A stretch of DNA of 64,000 nucleotides from Gammaproteobacteria bacterium (GTDB lineage: Bacteria > Pseudomonadota > Gammaproteobacteria > UBA4575), in contig CBDBDH010000002.1 of the NCBI GenBank assembly GCA_965203725.1, positions 264,215 to 328,214 of the forward strand, in the 5' to 3' direction. Of the stretch, positions 20,142 to 30,079 are shown in pieces (within the stretch, counting starts at the first letter, position 1; each line of letters opens with the position of its first letter). The notes beneath the pieces were generated by a model. It saw nothing but the letters and a program-made list of their open reading frames with translations. It made no database searches and was not told where the DNA came from. A program made the translations under genes and the position numbers.

Positions 20142-21083
20142 TCAGGATCTGGCAGCTATGGCGTCAGCGGCGCGCACCACGTTTTCAGCCATGCGTGCAG
20201 AGGCCGCATCGATCATCTTACCATCGAGCGAGGCAGCGCCCTTGCCCTCTTTGGCAGCCTTCTCCAGCTCTTCCAGAATCCTTTTCGCCCGGTTGATCTC
20301 AGCTTCAGGCGGCGTAAAGACTTCATTGGCCAGTTCGATCTGCTTGGGATGAATCGCCCATTTTCCTTCACAGCCCAACGCGGCAGCACGGCGTGCAGCC
20401 AGCAGATACCCGTCCGGATCGTCGAAATCCCCGAAGGGGCCATCGATCGGGCGCAGTCCATACGCCCGGCAGGCGACCGTCATGCGCGAAATTGCCGCAT
20501 GCCACTGATCGCCCGGGTAATCCGGATTCAAGCCGCCGATGTTGACCGTGCGGGCACGATTACTTGCAGCATAATCCGCCACACCAAAGTGCATGGCTTC
20601 CATGCGCGTGCTGGAAGTTGCGATGGCTTCCACGTTGGCCATGCCCAAGGCGGTCTCGATCAGGGCTTCAAGCCCGATACGGTTTTCCAGTCCCTTGGCC
20701 TCTTCGATCTGGGTCACCATGGCGTCAACCATGTACACATCACCGGTGGTTCCCACCTTGGGAATGAGTATGGTGTCCAGCTTGCTGCCTGCCTGTTCCA
20801 CCACGTCCACGACATCGCGATACATGTAATGGGTGTCCAGTCCGTTGATGCGCACGGAAACCGTTTTCCCCTGACCTTTCCAGTCAAACTCGTTGAGCGC
20901 GGCAATGACGTTCTTTCGTGCCTGAACCTTGTCATCAGGTGCGACGGCATCTTCGAGGTCCAGAAACACGTAATCTGCAGCACAGGTCACTGCCTTCTCC
21001 AGCATCCTGGGGTTGGAACCAGGTACAGCGAGTTCGCAGCGTTGCAGTCGCTGTCTGGCCGGTTTGTATTGGGTAAAGCTCAT
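20142..21083 (-). CDS. mcl: Malyl-CoA lyase (HpcH/HpaI aldolase / citrate-lyase beta family)
   Basis: 313-aa CitE/HpcH-fold protein in serine-cycle context. Confidence 0.8.
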   Translation of the reverse strand: MSFTQYKPARQRLQRCELAVPGSNPRMLEKAVTCAADYVFLDLEDAVAPDDKVQARKNVIAALNEFDWKGQGKTVSVRINGLDTHYMYRDVVDVVEQAGSKLDTILIPKVGTTGDVYMVDAMVTQIEEAKGLENRIGLEALIETALGMANVEAIATSSTRMEAMHFGVADYAASNRARTVNIGGLNPDYPGDQWHAAISRMTVACRAYGLRPIDGPFGDFDDPDGYLLAARRAAALGCEGKWAIHPKQIELANEVFTPPEAEINRAKRILEELEKAAKEGKGAASLDGKMIDAASARMAENVVRAADAIAARS

Positions 21084-22348
21084 CTTGATTTCCTTGTTGG
21101 TTTTTTCTTTGCGGCTCTTGCCTCGCGGGGCGCTGTGACTGAACCGAACTTCTTGATCTTCTTGGCGGTTTTGCGGTAGTACTCTCCGGCTGCGGCAACT
21201 CCGCTGCCGGGTTTCACTTTCATTCCCGCATCTCGCATCGCCATTTCCACAGTACCCAGCACGGCCATCATTCGTGCCTCGTTGTTATCCCCGAGGTGTC
21301 CGATCCGGAATACCTTGCCGGCCACTTTGGACAACCCGGCACCCAGGGAGATGTTGTAGCGGTGATAGGCGATGTGGATCACTTCGGCCGCATTGACACT
21401 GGGAGGCACTTCGATCGCCGTCACCGTGTCGGAGTACCACTTGGGCGCCCTGGCACAGGGCTTGAGTCCCCAGGCCTTGATGGCTTTTCGCACCCCTTCG
21501 GCCAGTCGGTGGTGGCGCTGGAATACGTTTTCCAGGCCTTCATCCATTAGCAGGTCGATGGCGGCCCGCAGTCCGCGCAGCATGGGTACCGAGGGGGTGT
21601 AGGGGAAATATCCGTCTTTGTTGGTGTTGATGTGATCCTGGATGTCCAGGAAGCAGCGTGCACAGCGGGCCTGTTTGCGTGCCCTCAGTGCCTTCGGGCT
21701 GAACGCCACGATGGCCATTCCCGCCGGCAGCATGAATCCCTTTTGTGATCCGCTGACGGCGACGTCCACGCCCCACTGGTCCATGCGAAAATCGATGCTC
21801 GCGATCGAGCTGACCCCGTCAACCATGAGCATGGCCGGATGCTTGACGGCATCCATCGCCTTGCGCAAGCCGGCGATGTCACTGGTGACCCCGGTGGCGG
21901 TCTCGTTATGACAAACCACCACGGCGCGAATCCGGTGTTCCTTGTCCGCGGCGAGGATGCGCTTGAACTTGCCAATCGGAACGCCTTCTCCCCAGGGGGT
22001 TTCGACCAGGTCGACCTCCAGGCCGATGCGGCATGCAAGGTCATACCACAAGTGACTGAACTGACCGAAGCGCGTGGTGAGAATCTTGTCCCCGGGAGAC
22101 ATGGTGTTGGCGAGAGCCACCTCCCAGCCTGCGGTGCCTGTGGCGGGAAACAGAAAGCAGGTTCCCTTGGTCGTTTTGAATATTTTTTTGCAGTCGCGAA
22201 GCAGGGGTTTGACGAGTTCTGGAAAATCTGGAGCCCGATGGTCCTCTTGCGGGACGATCATGGCGTTTTGCACGGCCTGCGGGATGTGGGTCGGGCCCGG
22301 GGCAAACAGGTAATTTCGTCCAGGAAATGATAATTTTTCGCTAGGCAT
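21080..22348 (-). CDS. sga: Serine--glyoxylate aminotransferase (class V aminotransferase) with a Lys-rich C-terminal tail
   Basis: The preferred start is the internal ATG at 22348 (MPSEKLSFPGRNYLFAPGPTHIPQAV...), giving a class-V aminotransferase. The C-terminus carries ...KKIKKFGSVTAPREARAAKKKPTRKSR. Confidence 0.8.
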   Translation of the reverse strand: MPSEKLSFPGRNYLFAPGPTHIPQAVQNAMIVPQEDHRAPDFPELVKPLLRDCKKIFKTTKGTCFLFPATGTAGWEVALANTMSPGDKILTTRFGQFSHLWYDLACRIGLEVDLVETPWGEGVPIGKFKRILAADKEHRIRAVVVCHNETATGVTSDIAGLRKAMDAVKHPAMLMVDGVSSIASIDFRMDQWGVDVAVSGSQKGFMLPAGMAIVAFSPKALRARKQARCARCFLDIQDHINTNKDGYFPYTPSVPMLRGLRAAIDLLMDEGLENVFQRHHRLAEGVRKAIKAWGLKPCARAPKWYSDTVTAIEVPPSVNAAEVIHIAYHRYNISLGAGLSKVAGKVFRIGHLGDNNEARMMAVLGTVEMAMRDAGMKVKPGSGVAAAGEYYRKTAKKIKKFGSVTAPREARAAKKKPTRKSR

Positions 22349-22436
22349 AATCAGGAATCCTTGAATTGTAAAATTTGGTAAAAAATGCAAACGCCTAGAT
22401 GGTTGTTTCTGCAGTCCGGGCGGTCATTTCTGCATA

Positions 22437-22470
22437 CAGGATGCTTTTGTCCGAAAAACTAAGCATCCTG
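22437..22470. promoter_or_regulatory. Perfect 10-bp inverted repeat (CAGGATGCTT, 14-nt loop, AAGCATCCTG) in the ftr-sga intergenic region
   Basis: Read directly in the sequence. There is no U-tract, so it is more likely a regulatory stem-loop or operator than an intrinsic terminator. Confidence 0.3.
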
Positions 22471-22602
22471 CCACAAGCACAGCACCAGACTCAAGCAGTT
22501 TGGCCATCGAAAGGGGCGATTCCCGGATGGTCTCAAGCCTGCAGAGACCTTCGGGGATGACATTCGGGACCTACGGGCGTGCCGGGAGCCAGCGCCCCCG
22601 CA

Positions 22603-23520
22603 TTACGGCTGTTTTTCAGGGTGCAGGAAAATAAAGCTTTTGCCCAGGCGCCCGCCATAGTTGCCGGCAGAAATCATCTTCAGGCCCGGGGTGTCCACCG
22701 AAGCCCGGATCGCAGCCTGAGTGGCATCGATAATGGGCTGCATGCCCTGACCGTTCATGATGATCTCCATGACCGAGTGCACACCCTCCGGGAGCCCAGC
22801 CTCGACCTCCGGATTCTCCTGCAACAGCGGGCAGAACTTCTCATAGGTGCTGGCAATGGTGAAGTCATAATTGCTGCCGGCCTTGGAGCCGCTGCCGGCA
22901 ATGCCGCCGGGAAAAGTCGTGATGACGCCGGGCATGGGCAGGATCGCTTCCACCCCTTTCTCTGCCGCTTGCAGCGCGGAATCCACGCTGTCGCCGAAAA
23001 ACCACAGGTTGCCGCCCATCAGGCCATCGGCATAGCCCAGCCTGCGGTCCAGGATGAACTCGCCTCCCAGGATCGGAATCCACCACATTTTGCGCCCGAA
23101 CCGTTCGATGCGCCGCTGATGCCCGTTGCCAAAGTAGGCCACCTTGCGGCCCATGTGATAGTACTCTTCGGAGTCAATCAGGTTGAAGCACGAAGCGGTC
23201 GGGCAGGTGAGGACGTTCTGGCTGATTCGAACCAGGGCCGAACGCTCCAGGGCCTCGACCCGGTCCTTTCTGAAACGCGGGAGGTGCAACTGTACGATCG
23301 CACCCGGGCGGCCATCCGGTGTCTTGAAATTCTCGTCTCCGCCGGGGCCTACGTAGCGGTCCATGCCGGCCTCGCAGTCACATAGAATTGAGCTTGAGGC
23401 GTTGCCGGTCGCCGCATGCACGGCATGGTCCAGCCATTTTCGATCACGTGCGGTGATCAGGAATTCGGTGTACAGGCTCCGGAACGCTTCCGCATAGGTG
23501 TCATCGATAATTGCTGCCAC
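22603..23520 (-). CDS. Formylmethanofuran:tetrahydromethanopterin formyltransferase homologue (Ftr/FhcD-like)
   Basis: TYAEAFRS..., CDCEAGMDRYV, TPDGRPG, ILGGEF, GGNLWFFGDS, PGVITTFPGGIAGSGSK and AGNYGGRLGK match the Ftr family along the whole length. Confidence 0.75.
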   Translation of the reverse strand: MAAIIDDTYAEAFRSLYTEFLITARDRKWLDHAVHAATGNASSSILCDCEAGMDRYVGPGGDENFKTPDGRPGAIVQLHLPRFRKDRVEALERSALVRISQNVLTCPTASCFNLIDSEEYYHMGRKVAYFGNGHQRRIERFGRKMWWIPILGGEFILDRRLGYADGLMGGNLWFFGDSVDSALQAAEKGVEAILPMPGVITTFPGGIAGSGSKAGSNYDFTIASTYEKFCPLLQENPEVEAGLPEGVHSVMEIIMNGQGMQPIIDATQAAIRASVDTPGLKMISAGNYGGRLGKSFIFLHPEKQP

Positions 23521-23522
23521 GA

Positions 23523-24161
23523 CTACCCCCGTCCAATCCCTTCGTAGACCGCATCCTCGGTGATCACCTTGTCCATGTAGACGTCATGCGGGGCCACCAG
23601 GACTTCATCAAACAGTTGCGACTCGTAACACAGTGCGACCAGCGGACAGTCCGGCCGGGCTTTCTCCAGCAGGCGGTCGTAGTATCCCTGCCCGTTTCCC
23701 ATGCGCCCGCCTTTCTGATCGAAACCCACACCGGGCACCATGATGATATCGAGGTCTTCGGGCTCCACCTCTTTTTCCGGATTTCCCCACAGCTCCCTCG
23801 GGGGCTCCAGGATATTCCACTTGCCGACGACCATCTCTTCCAGGCTTTCCATCCACCACAGGCCCAGCTTGTTTTCGCCGTTTTCATCTTCGGTGCAATA
23901 GGGCACGATGATCTTTTTCTTGCCCCTGGCCACTTCTTCGAGCAACTGCGGCTTGGTCCGGGTCTCGGAGCGGCAGTCGATATACCACATCGCGGTCTTG
24001 GCGCGCTGGTATTCGGGCAGGGCCATGAATTTCTGGCAGGCCCGGGCGCTGATCTCGTCCTTGTCTTCCTGCGCATTGCGCCGGTCATAGGCTTCACGGC
24101 GCATCTTGTTCTTGCGTTCCATTACGGCCTCTAGCTCTTCGGGGGATAGTAATGTAGCCAT
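23523..24161 (-). CDS. 5-formyltetrahydrofolate cyclo-ligase family protein
   Basis: MVPGVGFDQKGGRMGNGQGYYDRLL is the 5-FCL/MTHFS signature; 212 aa. Confidence 0.75.
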   Translation of the reverse strand: MATLLSPEELEAVMERKNKMRREAYDRRNAQEDKDEISARACQKFMALPEYQRAKTAMWYIDCRSETRTKPQLLEEVARGKKKIIVPYCTEDENGENKLGLWWMESLEEMVVGKWNILEPPRELWGNPEKEVEPEDLDIIMVPGVGFDQKGGRMGNGQGYYDRLLEKARPDCPLVALCYESQLFDEVLVAPHDVYMDKVITEDAVYEGIGRG

Positions 24162-24262
24162 CGCAGCTCCTGGGTTATCGTTCTGGTTATTCCGGGCAGG
24201 TCATGGGCAACCGGCAGGGACAATCCTAAAGGATTTGCACGCTGCCTGACAATTTTGAATTT

Positions 24263-25945
24263 TCAGTCCGTAGTGGCCCCGTTGGAAGCCGAGCGCACCT
24301 GCCGGGCGTATTTGGCCAGAACTCCTTTGGAGTAACGGGGCCTGGGGGCGCGCCATCGCCGTTTTCTTTGTCCCAGCTCTTTCCTGGAAAGCCTGACGTT
24401 GATCTCGCGCTTTTCGGCATCGATGGTGATCACATCACCATTTTTCAGAAGTGCCAAGGGGCCACCGACCGCAGCTTCCGGGGTGATGTGACCGACCACA
24501 AAGCCGTGACTGCCTCCCGAGAAGCGCCCGTCCGTGATCAGGGCCACGTCCTTGCCCAGCCCCTTGCCCATGATGGCCGAGGTCGGAGACAGCATCTCGC
24601 GCATGCCCGGACCGCCTTTTGGCCCCTCGTAACGGATCACCACCACATCCCCTTTTTTGACACCGCCATCCAGGATCCTGGCCAGCGCCTTCTCCTCGGA
24701 GGGGAAAATGCGCGCCTTTCCGGTAAAGTGCAGCCCCTCTTTTCCGGAAATCTTGGCCACGGCACCTTCGGGTGCGAGATTTCCATACAGGATCACGAGG
24801 TGGCTGTCTTTTTTGATCGGGTCCGCGAAGCTGCGCACGATGTCCTGGGATTTCGGGTATCGCCGGATGCCGCGCAGGTTCTGTTTCAGGGTCTTGCCGG
24901 TTACGGTCAGGCAGTCCCCGTGCAGCAGGCCCTTGTCGAGCAACATGCGCATCAGGGGCCGGATGCCGCCGATTTCGATCAGTTCGGACATCATGTACCG
25001 CCCGCTCGGTCGCAGATCGGCCAGCACCGGCACTTTCTTGCCCACCCGCGTGAAGTCGTCGAGGCTCAGCCTTACCCCGATGGCATGCGCCATCGCCAGC
25101 AGGTGCAGCACCGCATTGGTGGACCCTCCCAGTGCGGTCACCACGGTGATCGCATTCAGGAAGGCCTTGCGGGTCATGATGTCCCGGGGGCGGATATTTT
25201 TCCGCACCAGGTGCATGACGGCTTTGCCGGCAGCAATACAGTCGAGCCGCTTGTCTTCCGAGATTGCGTTTTGCGCCGAGCTGTTCGGCAGGCTCATGCC
25301 GAGCGCCTCGATGGCACTGGCCATGGTGTTGGCGGTGTACATCCCGCCGCAGGACCCCGCGCCCGGGATCGCCGCGCATTCAACCTGCTTGAGCTCACGG
25401 TCCGACAACTGGTTTTTGGCGTGCTGTCCCACGGCCTCGAATACCGAGACCACGTCCACCTTCGTGTTCTTGTAGTGCCCCGGCTGGATCGTGCCCCCGT
25501 AGACGAAGATCGAGGGGCGGTTGAGTCGCGCCATGGCGATCAGGCAGCCGGGCATGTTCTTGTCGCACCCGCCAATGGCAACCACGCCGTCAAATCCCTC
25601 GCAGCCCACCACCGTCTCGATGGAGTCCGCGATGACTTCCCTGGACACCAGGGAATACTTCATGCCTTCCGTGCCCATGGAAATCCCGTCAGAGACGGTG
25701 ATGGTGTTGAAGATCACGGCCTTGCCGCCGGCCTGGTCGGCACCTTGGGCCGCTTCATCGGCCAGGGTGTTGATGTGCATGTTGCAGGGCGTCACCATGC
25801 TCCAGGTGGATGCGATGCCGATCTGCTCTTTCGAGAAATCGTCATCCTCAAAGCCCACGGCCCGCAGCATGGCGCGGCTCGGTGCGCGCTCCACCCCGTC
25901 CACGATGATGGAAGAATGGTTTCGTGACTGTTTGTATCTACCCAA
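24263..25945 (-). CDS. ilvD: Dihydroxy-acid dehydratase
   Basis: 560-aa IlvD/EDD family protein (CDKNMPG, GGTIQPGH motifs). Confidence 0.9.
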   Translation of the reverse strand: MGRYKQSRNHSSIIVDGVERAPSRAMLRAVGFEDDDFSKEQIGIASTWSMVTPCNMHINTLADEAAQGADQAGGKAVIFNTITVSDGISMGTEGMKYSLVSREVIADSIETVVGCEGFDGVVAIGGCDKNMPGCLIAMARLNRPSIFVYGGTIQPGHYKNTKVDVVSVFEAVGQHAKNQLSDRELKQVECAAIPGAGSCGGMYTANTMASAIEALGMSLPNSSAQNAISEDKRLDCIAAGKAVMHLVRKNIRPRDIMTRKAFLNAITVVTALGGSTNAVLHLLAMAHAIGVRLSLDDFTRVGKKVPVLADLRPSGRYMMSELIEIGGIRPLMRMLLDKGLLHGDCLTVTGKTLKQNLRGIRRYPKSQDIVRSFADPIKKDSHLVILYGNLAPEGAVAKISGKEGLHFTGKARIFPSEEKALARILDGGVKKGDVVVIRYEGPKGGPGMREMLSPTSAIMGKGLGKDVALITDGRFSGGSHGFVVGHITPEAAVGGPLALLKNGDVITIDAEKREINVRLSRKELGQRKRRWRAPRPRYSKGVLAKYARQVRSASNGATTD

Positions 25946-26131
25946 GCCGGTTACCTGCTATTTGCCGCCACCTGGGGAGGATGGCATCAAAAGAAGTCCT
26001 GCCACGCTGGTGCGATCCGTGTGGCATTTTCGGCTTTTTATAGCGGTTACGCGTGCGGAATGCAAAGTTTTGCGCACGCATCCGGGCGCCAGTCGACCCA
26101 TCCCGGGAGGTATCGGTGACCGGGGCTGGCC

Positions 26132-27217
26132 CTAGGGCGAGGTGCCTGACGGCAGGGGAGACTGGCGGGCGAAGACGACCAGATGTTCGATGTCCAGATT
26201 GATCCCGATCGGCTCTCCGATCTGGTGGTCGTGGTGGCTGGAGGCATAGCACAGCACGGAATTTCCACTTTGCAGGCGAAGCTTGTACAGGAATTCGGCG
26301 CCGCGGAAACGCTTTTCCTCAACCAGTGCAGTAATGGAGCTGCTGTCATCATGGGGAATATCATCCGGTCGCACCAGCAAGTCCACTTCCTCACCGCAGG
26401 CAAAAGACGGATCCAGGCTCCCTCGCAGCCGGCCAAACTCGGTATCCAGCGTATGCGCGTCAAGCACCCTGGCCGGAAGCATGCTGCCGAGGCCGATAAA
26501 ATCGGCCACGAAACGGGTTCGGGGCCTGTGATAGATGTTGTAGGCGCTGTCCCACTGCACGATGCGGCCCCCTACCATGACACCGATCTCATCGGCCATG
26601 GCGAAGGCCTCGTTCTGGTCATGCGTCACCAGTATTGCAGTGGCGTTCTCATGCTTGAGGATCTCGCGCACCCCGGTTGCGACCTGTTCACGCAGGTCAG
26701 GATCGAGGTTCGAGAAGGGTTCATCCAGCAACAGGATCTCCGGCTTGGGTGCCAGCGCTCGTGCCAGCGCGACTCTCTGCTGCTGTCCGGTGGACAGCTG
26801 GTGCGGGTACTTTTCTCCCTTGTGCTCCAGCTCGATCAGTTCGAGCACCTCGCGCGTGCGCGCCACCTGGTCACTTTCAGTCAGTGACTTGAGACCAAAG
26901 CATATGTTCTGCCGAACCGTCAGATGCGGGAACAATGCAAGATCCTGGAACATCATGCTGATGTGCCTCTTCTCCGGGGCAAGGGTGAACTGTGCCTTGC
27001 TGAAAAGCCTTTCATGTACGTAGATCTCGCCACTGGCGACCGGCTGGAATCCTGCAAGGGCACGCAACAGCGTGGTTTTGCCGCAGCCACTTGGTCCCAG
27101 TATGGAAGCAATGCATCCCGGCTCAAGCTGCAGGGAAACATCTTGCAGGGTGTTTTTGTTGTGCAGCTTCAGGCTGACGTTGCGTACTTCAAGTCTGGGC
27201 GCCATGGATGACTCCAC
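26132..27217 (-). CDS. ABC transporter ATP-binding protein (Fe3+/polyamine type with C-terminal TOBE domain)
   Basis: Walker A GPSGCGKTT, LSGGQQQRVALARAL signature and Walker B LLLDEPFSNLD. Confidence 0.85.
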   Translation of the reverse strand: MESSMAPRLEVRNVSLKLHNKNTLQDVSLQLEPGCIASILGPSGCGKTTLLRALAGFQPVASGEIYVHERLFSKAQFTLAPEKRHISMMFQDLALFPHLTVRQNICFGLKSLTESDQVARTREVLELIELEHKGEKYPHQLSTGQQQRVALARALAPKPEILLLDEPFSNLDPDLREQVATGVREILKHENATAILVTHDQNEAFAMADEIGVMVGGRIVQWDSAYNIYHRPRTRFVADFIGLGSMLPARVLDAHTLDTEFGRLRGSLDPSFACGEEVDLLVRPDDIPHDDSSSITALVEEKRFRGAEFLYKLRLQSGNSVLCYASSHHDHQIGEPIGINLDIEHLVVFARQSPLPSGTSP

Positions 27218-28886
27218 TTTGTATGATCGAGCGGTTCAGCATCAGGATGGGCAAGACACTGATGGCTACGATCAGCAATGCGCTGCTCGAGGCATCCGCC
27301 AGGCGTTCGTCGGAAGCCAGCTCGTACGTGCGCACCGCAAGGGTGTTGAAGTCGAACGGACGCAACACGAGGGTGGCCGGGAGCTCCTTGGTGACCTCGA
27401 CGAATACCAGCAATGCCGCCGTGAGTATGCCGCCCCGGATCATGGGAAGGTGAATGCCGGCAAAGCGCTCGAAGGTCTTGCGTCCCAACAGCTGTGCGGC
27501 GTCATCGATGCTGCGGTGGATTTTTGCCAGGCTGGCGTCCACCGAGTTCAGCCCGATGGCCATGAAGCGCACCACGTGGGCGAATGCCAGGGATACCAGG
27601 GTGCCGGTCAGGAGCAGGCCGGAGGAGATCCCGAGGTTTCGCTGCAGCCACCCGTCCAGTGCATGATCCAGCCATGCAAAGGGCAGCAGTACGCCCACCG
27701 CGATGATCACCCCCGGTACCGCGTAGCCCATCGCGCTGAGATTTACGGTGTAGGGAATGGAAAAATGTGTGCCGACACGCTTTCCATAAGCCAGTACGGC
27801 GGATGCCGTGATGATGATCAGGGTCACGATGACGGCAAGCTGCACCGTATTGAAGATCAGTGCCAGGAAAGAACGGTCGATGATTTCGGGTGCGGTCCTG
27901 AGTGCCCAGGCGCCCAGCTGAAGCGCCGGAACAATGAAGCCGAGGAGAACGGGCAGGCTGCAAATGACGATCGCTGCAATGGCCTTGACCCCCGATAGCG
28001 GATAGCGCCAGCTTCTTTGCACCTTGGCCGGATTTTGATAGCGAACCGCTTTTCGCGAATAACGCTCTGCCAGGATTACCGCGAACACGCAAAGCAGCAA
28101 CAGGCTGGCCAACTGGGTGGCCGCCACCAGGTCGCCCAGGCCAAACCAGGTGCGAAGAATGCCCGTAGTGAACGTCGGCACGCCAAAATAGTGAACCGTT
28201 CCGTAATCGGCCAGCGTTTCCATGACCACCAGGGTGAGTCCTGCAACCAGGGCAGGACGCGCCATGGGCAGGATGATCGTGAAAAGGGTTTTATAGGGGC
28301 CCACGCCGAACATGTGGCTGGCTTCGCGCAGACTCGAGGACTGCTCGGAAAATGCGGTTCTCAACAGCAGATAGACGTAGGGGTACAGCACCAGGGAGAT
28401 CATGATGATGGCACCTGCAACGGAGCGGATTTCGGGAAACCAGTAGTCTCCGTACCCCCAGCCAAAGAGGTTGCGCATCAGGGTCTGCACGGGCCCTGAA
28501 AAATCGAGCATGCCGGTGTAGGTGTAGGCAATGATGTATGGAGGGAATGCAAGCGGTAGGAGCAATGCCCAGCTGAACAGTTTTCTGCCTGGAAAACTGT
28601 AGGCGCTGCACAGCCAGGCGGTGGAAATGCCGATCAGGGACGTGCCGATACAGACACCGACAGCCAGCACCAGGGAATTCCAGGCATAGTCTGCAAGGAC
28701 CGTGGACCTCAGATGCGACCAGATGTCGCCGGTCGGTAACAGGACCGAGTAGAGCACCGTGACCACCGGGATGCTCAGCAGCAAGGCGGTGCCTACCGCG
28801 AAAAACAGCCAGCCAAGGTCGCTTTTCTGTTGCCGGAACTGCCGGAAAAAGCCCGATGGAGCCAGTGCTTCGTTTTCCGTACCCAT
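27189..28886 (-). CDS. ABC transporter permease, fused double-domain (FbpB/ferric-iron type)
   Basis: 565-aa polytopic membrane protein with two permease repeats, between the ATPase and the binding protein. Confidence 0.8.
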   Translation of the reverse strand: MGTENEALAPSGFFRQFRQQKSDLGWLFFAVGTALLLSIPVVTVLYSVLLPTGDIWSHLRSTVLADYAWNSLVLAVGVCIGTSLIGISTAWLCSAYSFPGRKLFSWALLLPLAFPPYIIAYTYTGMLDFSGPVQTLMRNLFGWGYGDYWFPEIRSVAGAIIMISLVLYPYVYLLLRTAFSEQSSSLREASHMFGVGPYKTLFTIILPMARPALVAGLTLVVMETLADYGTVHYFGVPTFTTGILRTWFGLGDLVAATQLASLLLLCVFAVILAERYSRKAVRYQNPAKVQRSWRYPLSGVKAIAAIVICSLPVLLGFIVPALQLGAWALRTAPEIIDRSFLALIFNTVQLAVIVTLIIITASAVLAYGKRVGTHFSIPYTVNLSAMGYAVPGVIIAVGVLLPFAWLDHALDGWLQRNLGISSGLLLTGTLVSLAFAHVVRFMAIGLNSVDASLAKIHRSIDDAAQLLGRKTFERFAGIHLPMIRGGILTAALLVFVEVTKELPATLVLRPFDFNTLAVRTYELASDERLADASSSALLIVAISVLPILMLNRSIIQSGVIHGAQT

Positions 28887-28904
28887 TGCGGTGCTTGTCT
28901 GTAT

Positions 28905-29933
28905 CTATTTCCACCCGGCGCGGTCCATGACCATCACCGCGCTTGCATTGAGTTCGCCGAGCCGATGGAGGTTCAGGGAGTCCGCCTTGAATTGGCCCCA
29001 GCTTTCGAGCATCTTGCTGGCCCGTATGCCGGGCTTTACCGGGTACTCGAAATTGGTTTTTGCATACCACTGCTGTGCATCATCGCTTGCAAGGAATTCC
29101 AGGAGCCTGATGGCGGATGTCCTGTTTTTCGAGTATTTGGTCACCGCACCGCCACTGATATTGACATGCACCCCGCGCCCCTCCTGGTTGGGCCAGAATA
29201 TTTTTACTTTTTCAGCGGCCTCGCGCTGTGCAGGATCCTTGGAAGCGAGCATTTTGCCGAGGTAATAGCTGTTGGCCACCGCAAGGTCGCATTGTCCTGC
29301 AGCCACGGCCCGGATCTGGTCGCGGTCCCCTCCTTGCGGGGGCCGGGCAAAATTCCCGACCAGGCCCTGGGACCAAGCCAGGGTGTCCTGCTCTCCCAGG
29401 TGTGCGAGCAGGGAGGCGACCAGCGACTGGTTGTAGATGTTGTTCGAGGAGCGAATACAGATTTTCTTTTGCCAATGCGGGTCGCCCAGGGCCTCGTAGG
29501 TCGACAGTTCTTCGGGCTGGACGCGGTCACCGGCATACATGATCGGGCGGGTCCTCAGGGAAAGTGCAAACCAGTATCCCTCGGGCTCACGGTACTGTTC
29601 GGGTATGGAGTCTCTGAGAATCTTCGAGTCCACCGGCTGCAGTACCTGGGCCTGCTGGGCACGGTACAAACGACCCGCATCCACAGTGATCAGGATATCG
29701 GCGGGGGAGTGTTCGCCTTCACTGACGATGCGCTGCAGCAGGGCATCCGCCTTGCCCGTGATCAGGTTGACCCGGGTGTCCGTGCGATTTGCAAACTCGC
29801 TCAGCAGGGGCTTGATCAGGTTTTCTTTCCTGGCGGAGTACACGTTTACCTCCGCAGCGCCGAGCAACGAAGCGGATAGACACAGGCAGACGCCAAGCGC
29901 AAACTGCATGCTGGACAAGCTTCGGATTTTCAT
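28905..29933 (-). CDS. Fe(3+) ABC transporter periplasmic substrate-binding protein (FbpA/AfuA-like)
   Basis: The start is placed at the ATG complementary to 29931-29933, giving a clean signal peptide MKIRSLSSMQFALGVCLCLSASLLGAAEV. The mature part is an SBP family-1 ferric-binding fold. Confidence 0.75.
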   Translation of the reverse strand: MKIRSLSSMQFALGVCLCLSASLLGAAEVNVYSARKENLIKPLLSEFANRTDTRVNLITGKADALLQRIVSEGEHSPADILITVDAGRLYRAQQAQVLQPVDSKILRDSIPEQYREPEGYWFALSLRTRPIMYAGDRVQPEELSTYEALGDPHWQKKICIRSSNNIYNQSLVASLLAHLGEQDTLAWSQGLVGNFARPPQGGDRDQIRAVAAGQCDLAVANSYYLGKMLASKDPAQREAAEKVKIFWPNQEGRGVHVNISGGAVTKYSKNRTSAIRLLEFLASDDAQQWYAKTNFEYPVKPGIRASKMLESWGQFKADSLNLHRLGELNASAVMVMDRAGWK

Positions 29934-30079
29934 GGGGAGCCCTTTTCGAAGTTGGGAAACGTGGCACAAGTATACAATTATAATAGCTATTCTCATTAGC
30001 ATTTAGAATACCTTCATTTCACAGGCACGTGATCGCGCACCACTTTTTTCGCTGAGACTTTCGTATATATTTTGCAGCC

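Noticed and set aside
22865-23086. Alternative-frame ORFs inside ftr-like and 5-FCL genes (for example 23564..24097, 177 aa, Arg/Pro/Trp-rich)
   Set aside because: Their composition is typical of out-of-frame translation of GC-rich coding DNA, and they conflict with the strongly supported Ftr/5-FCL frames.
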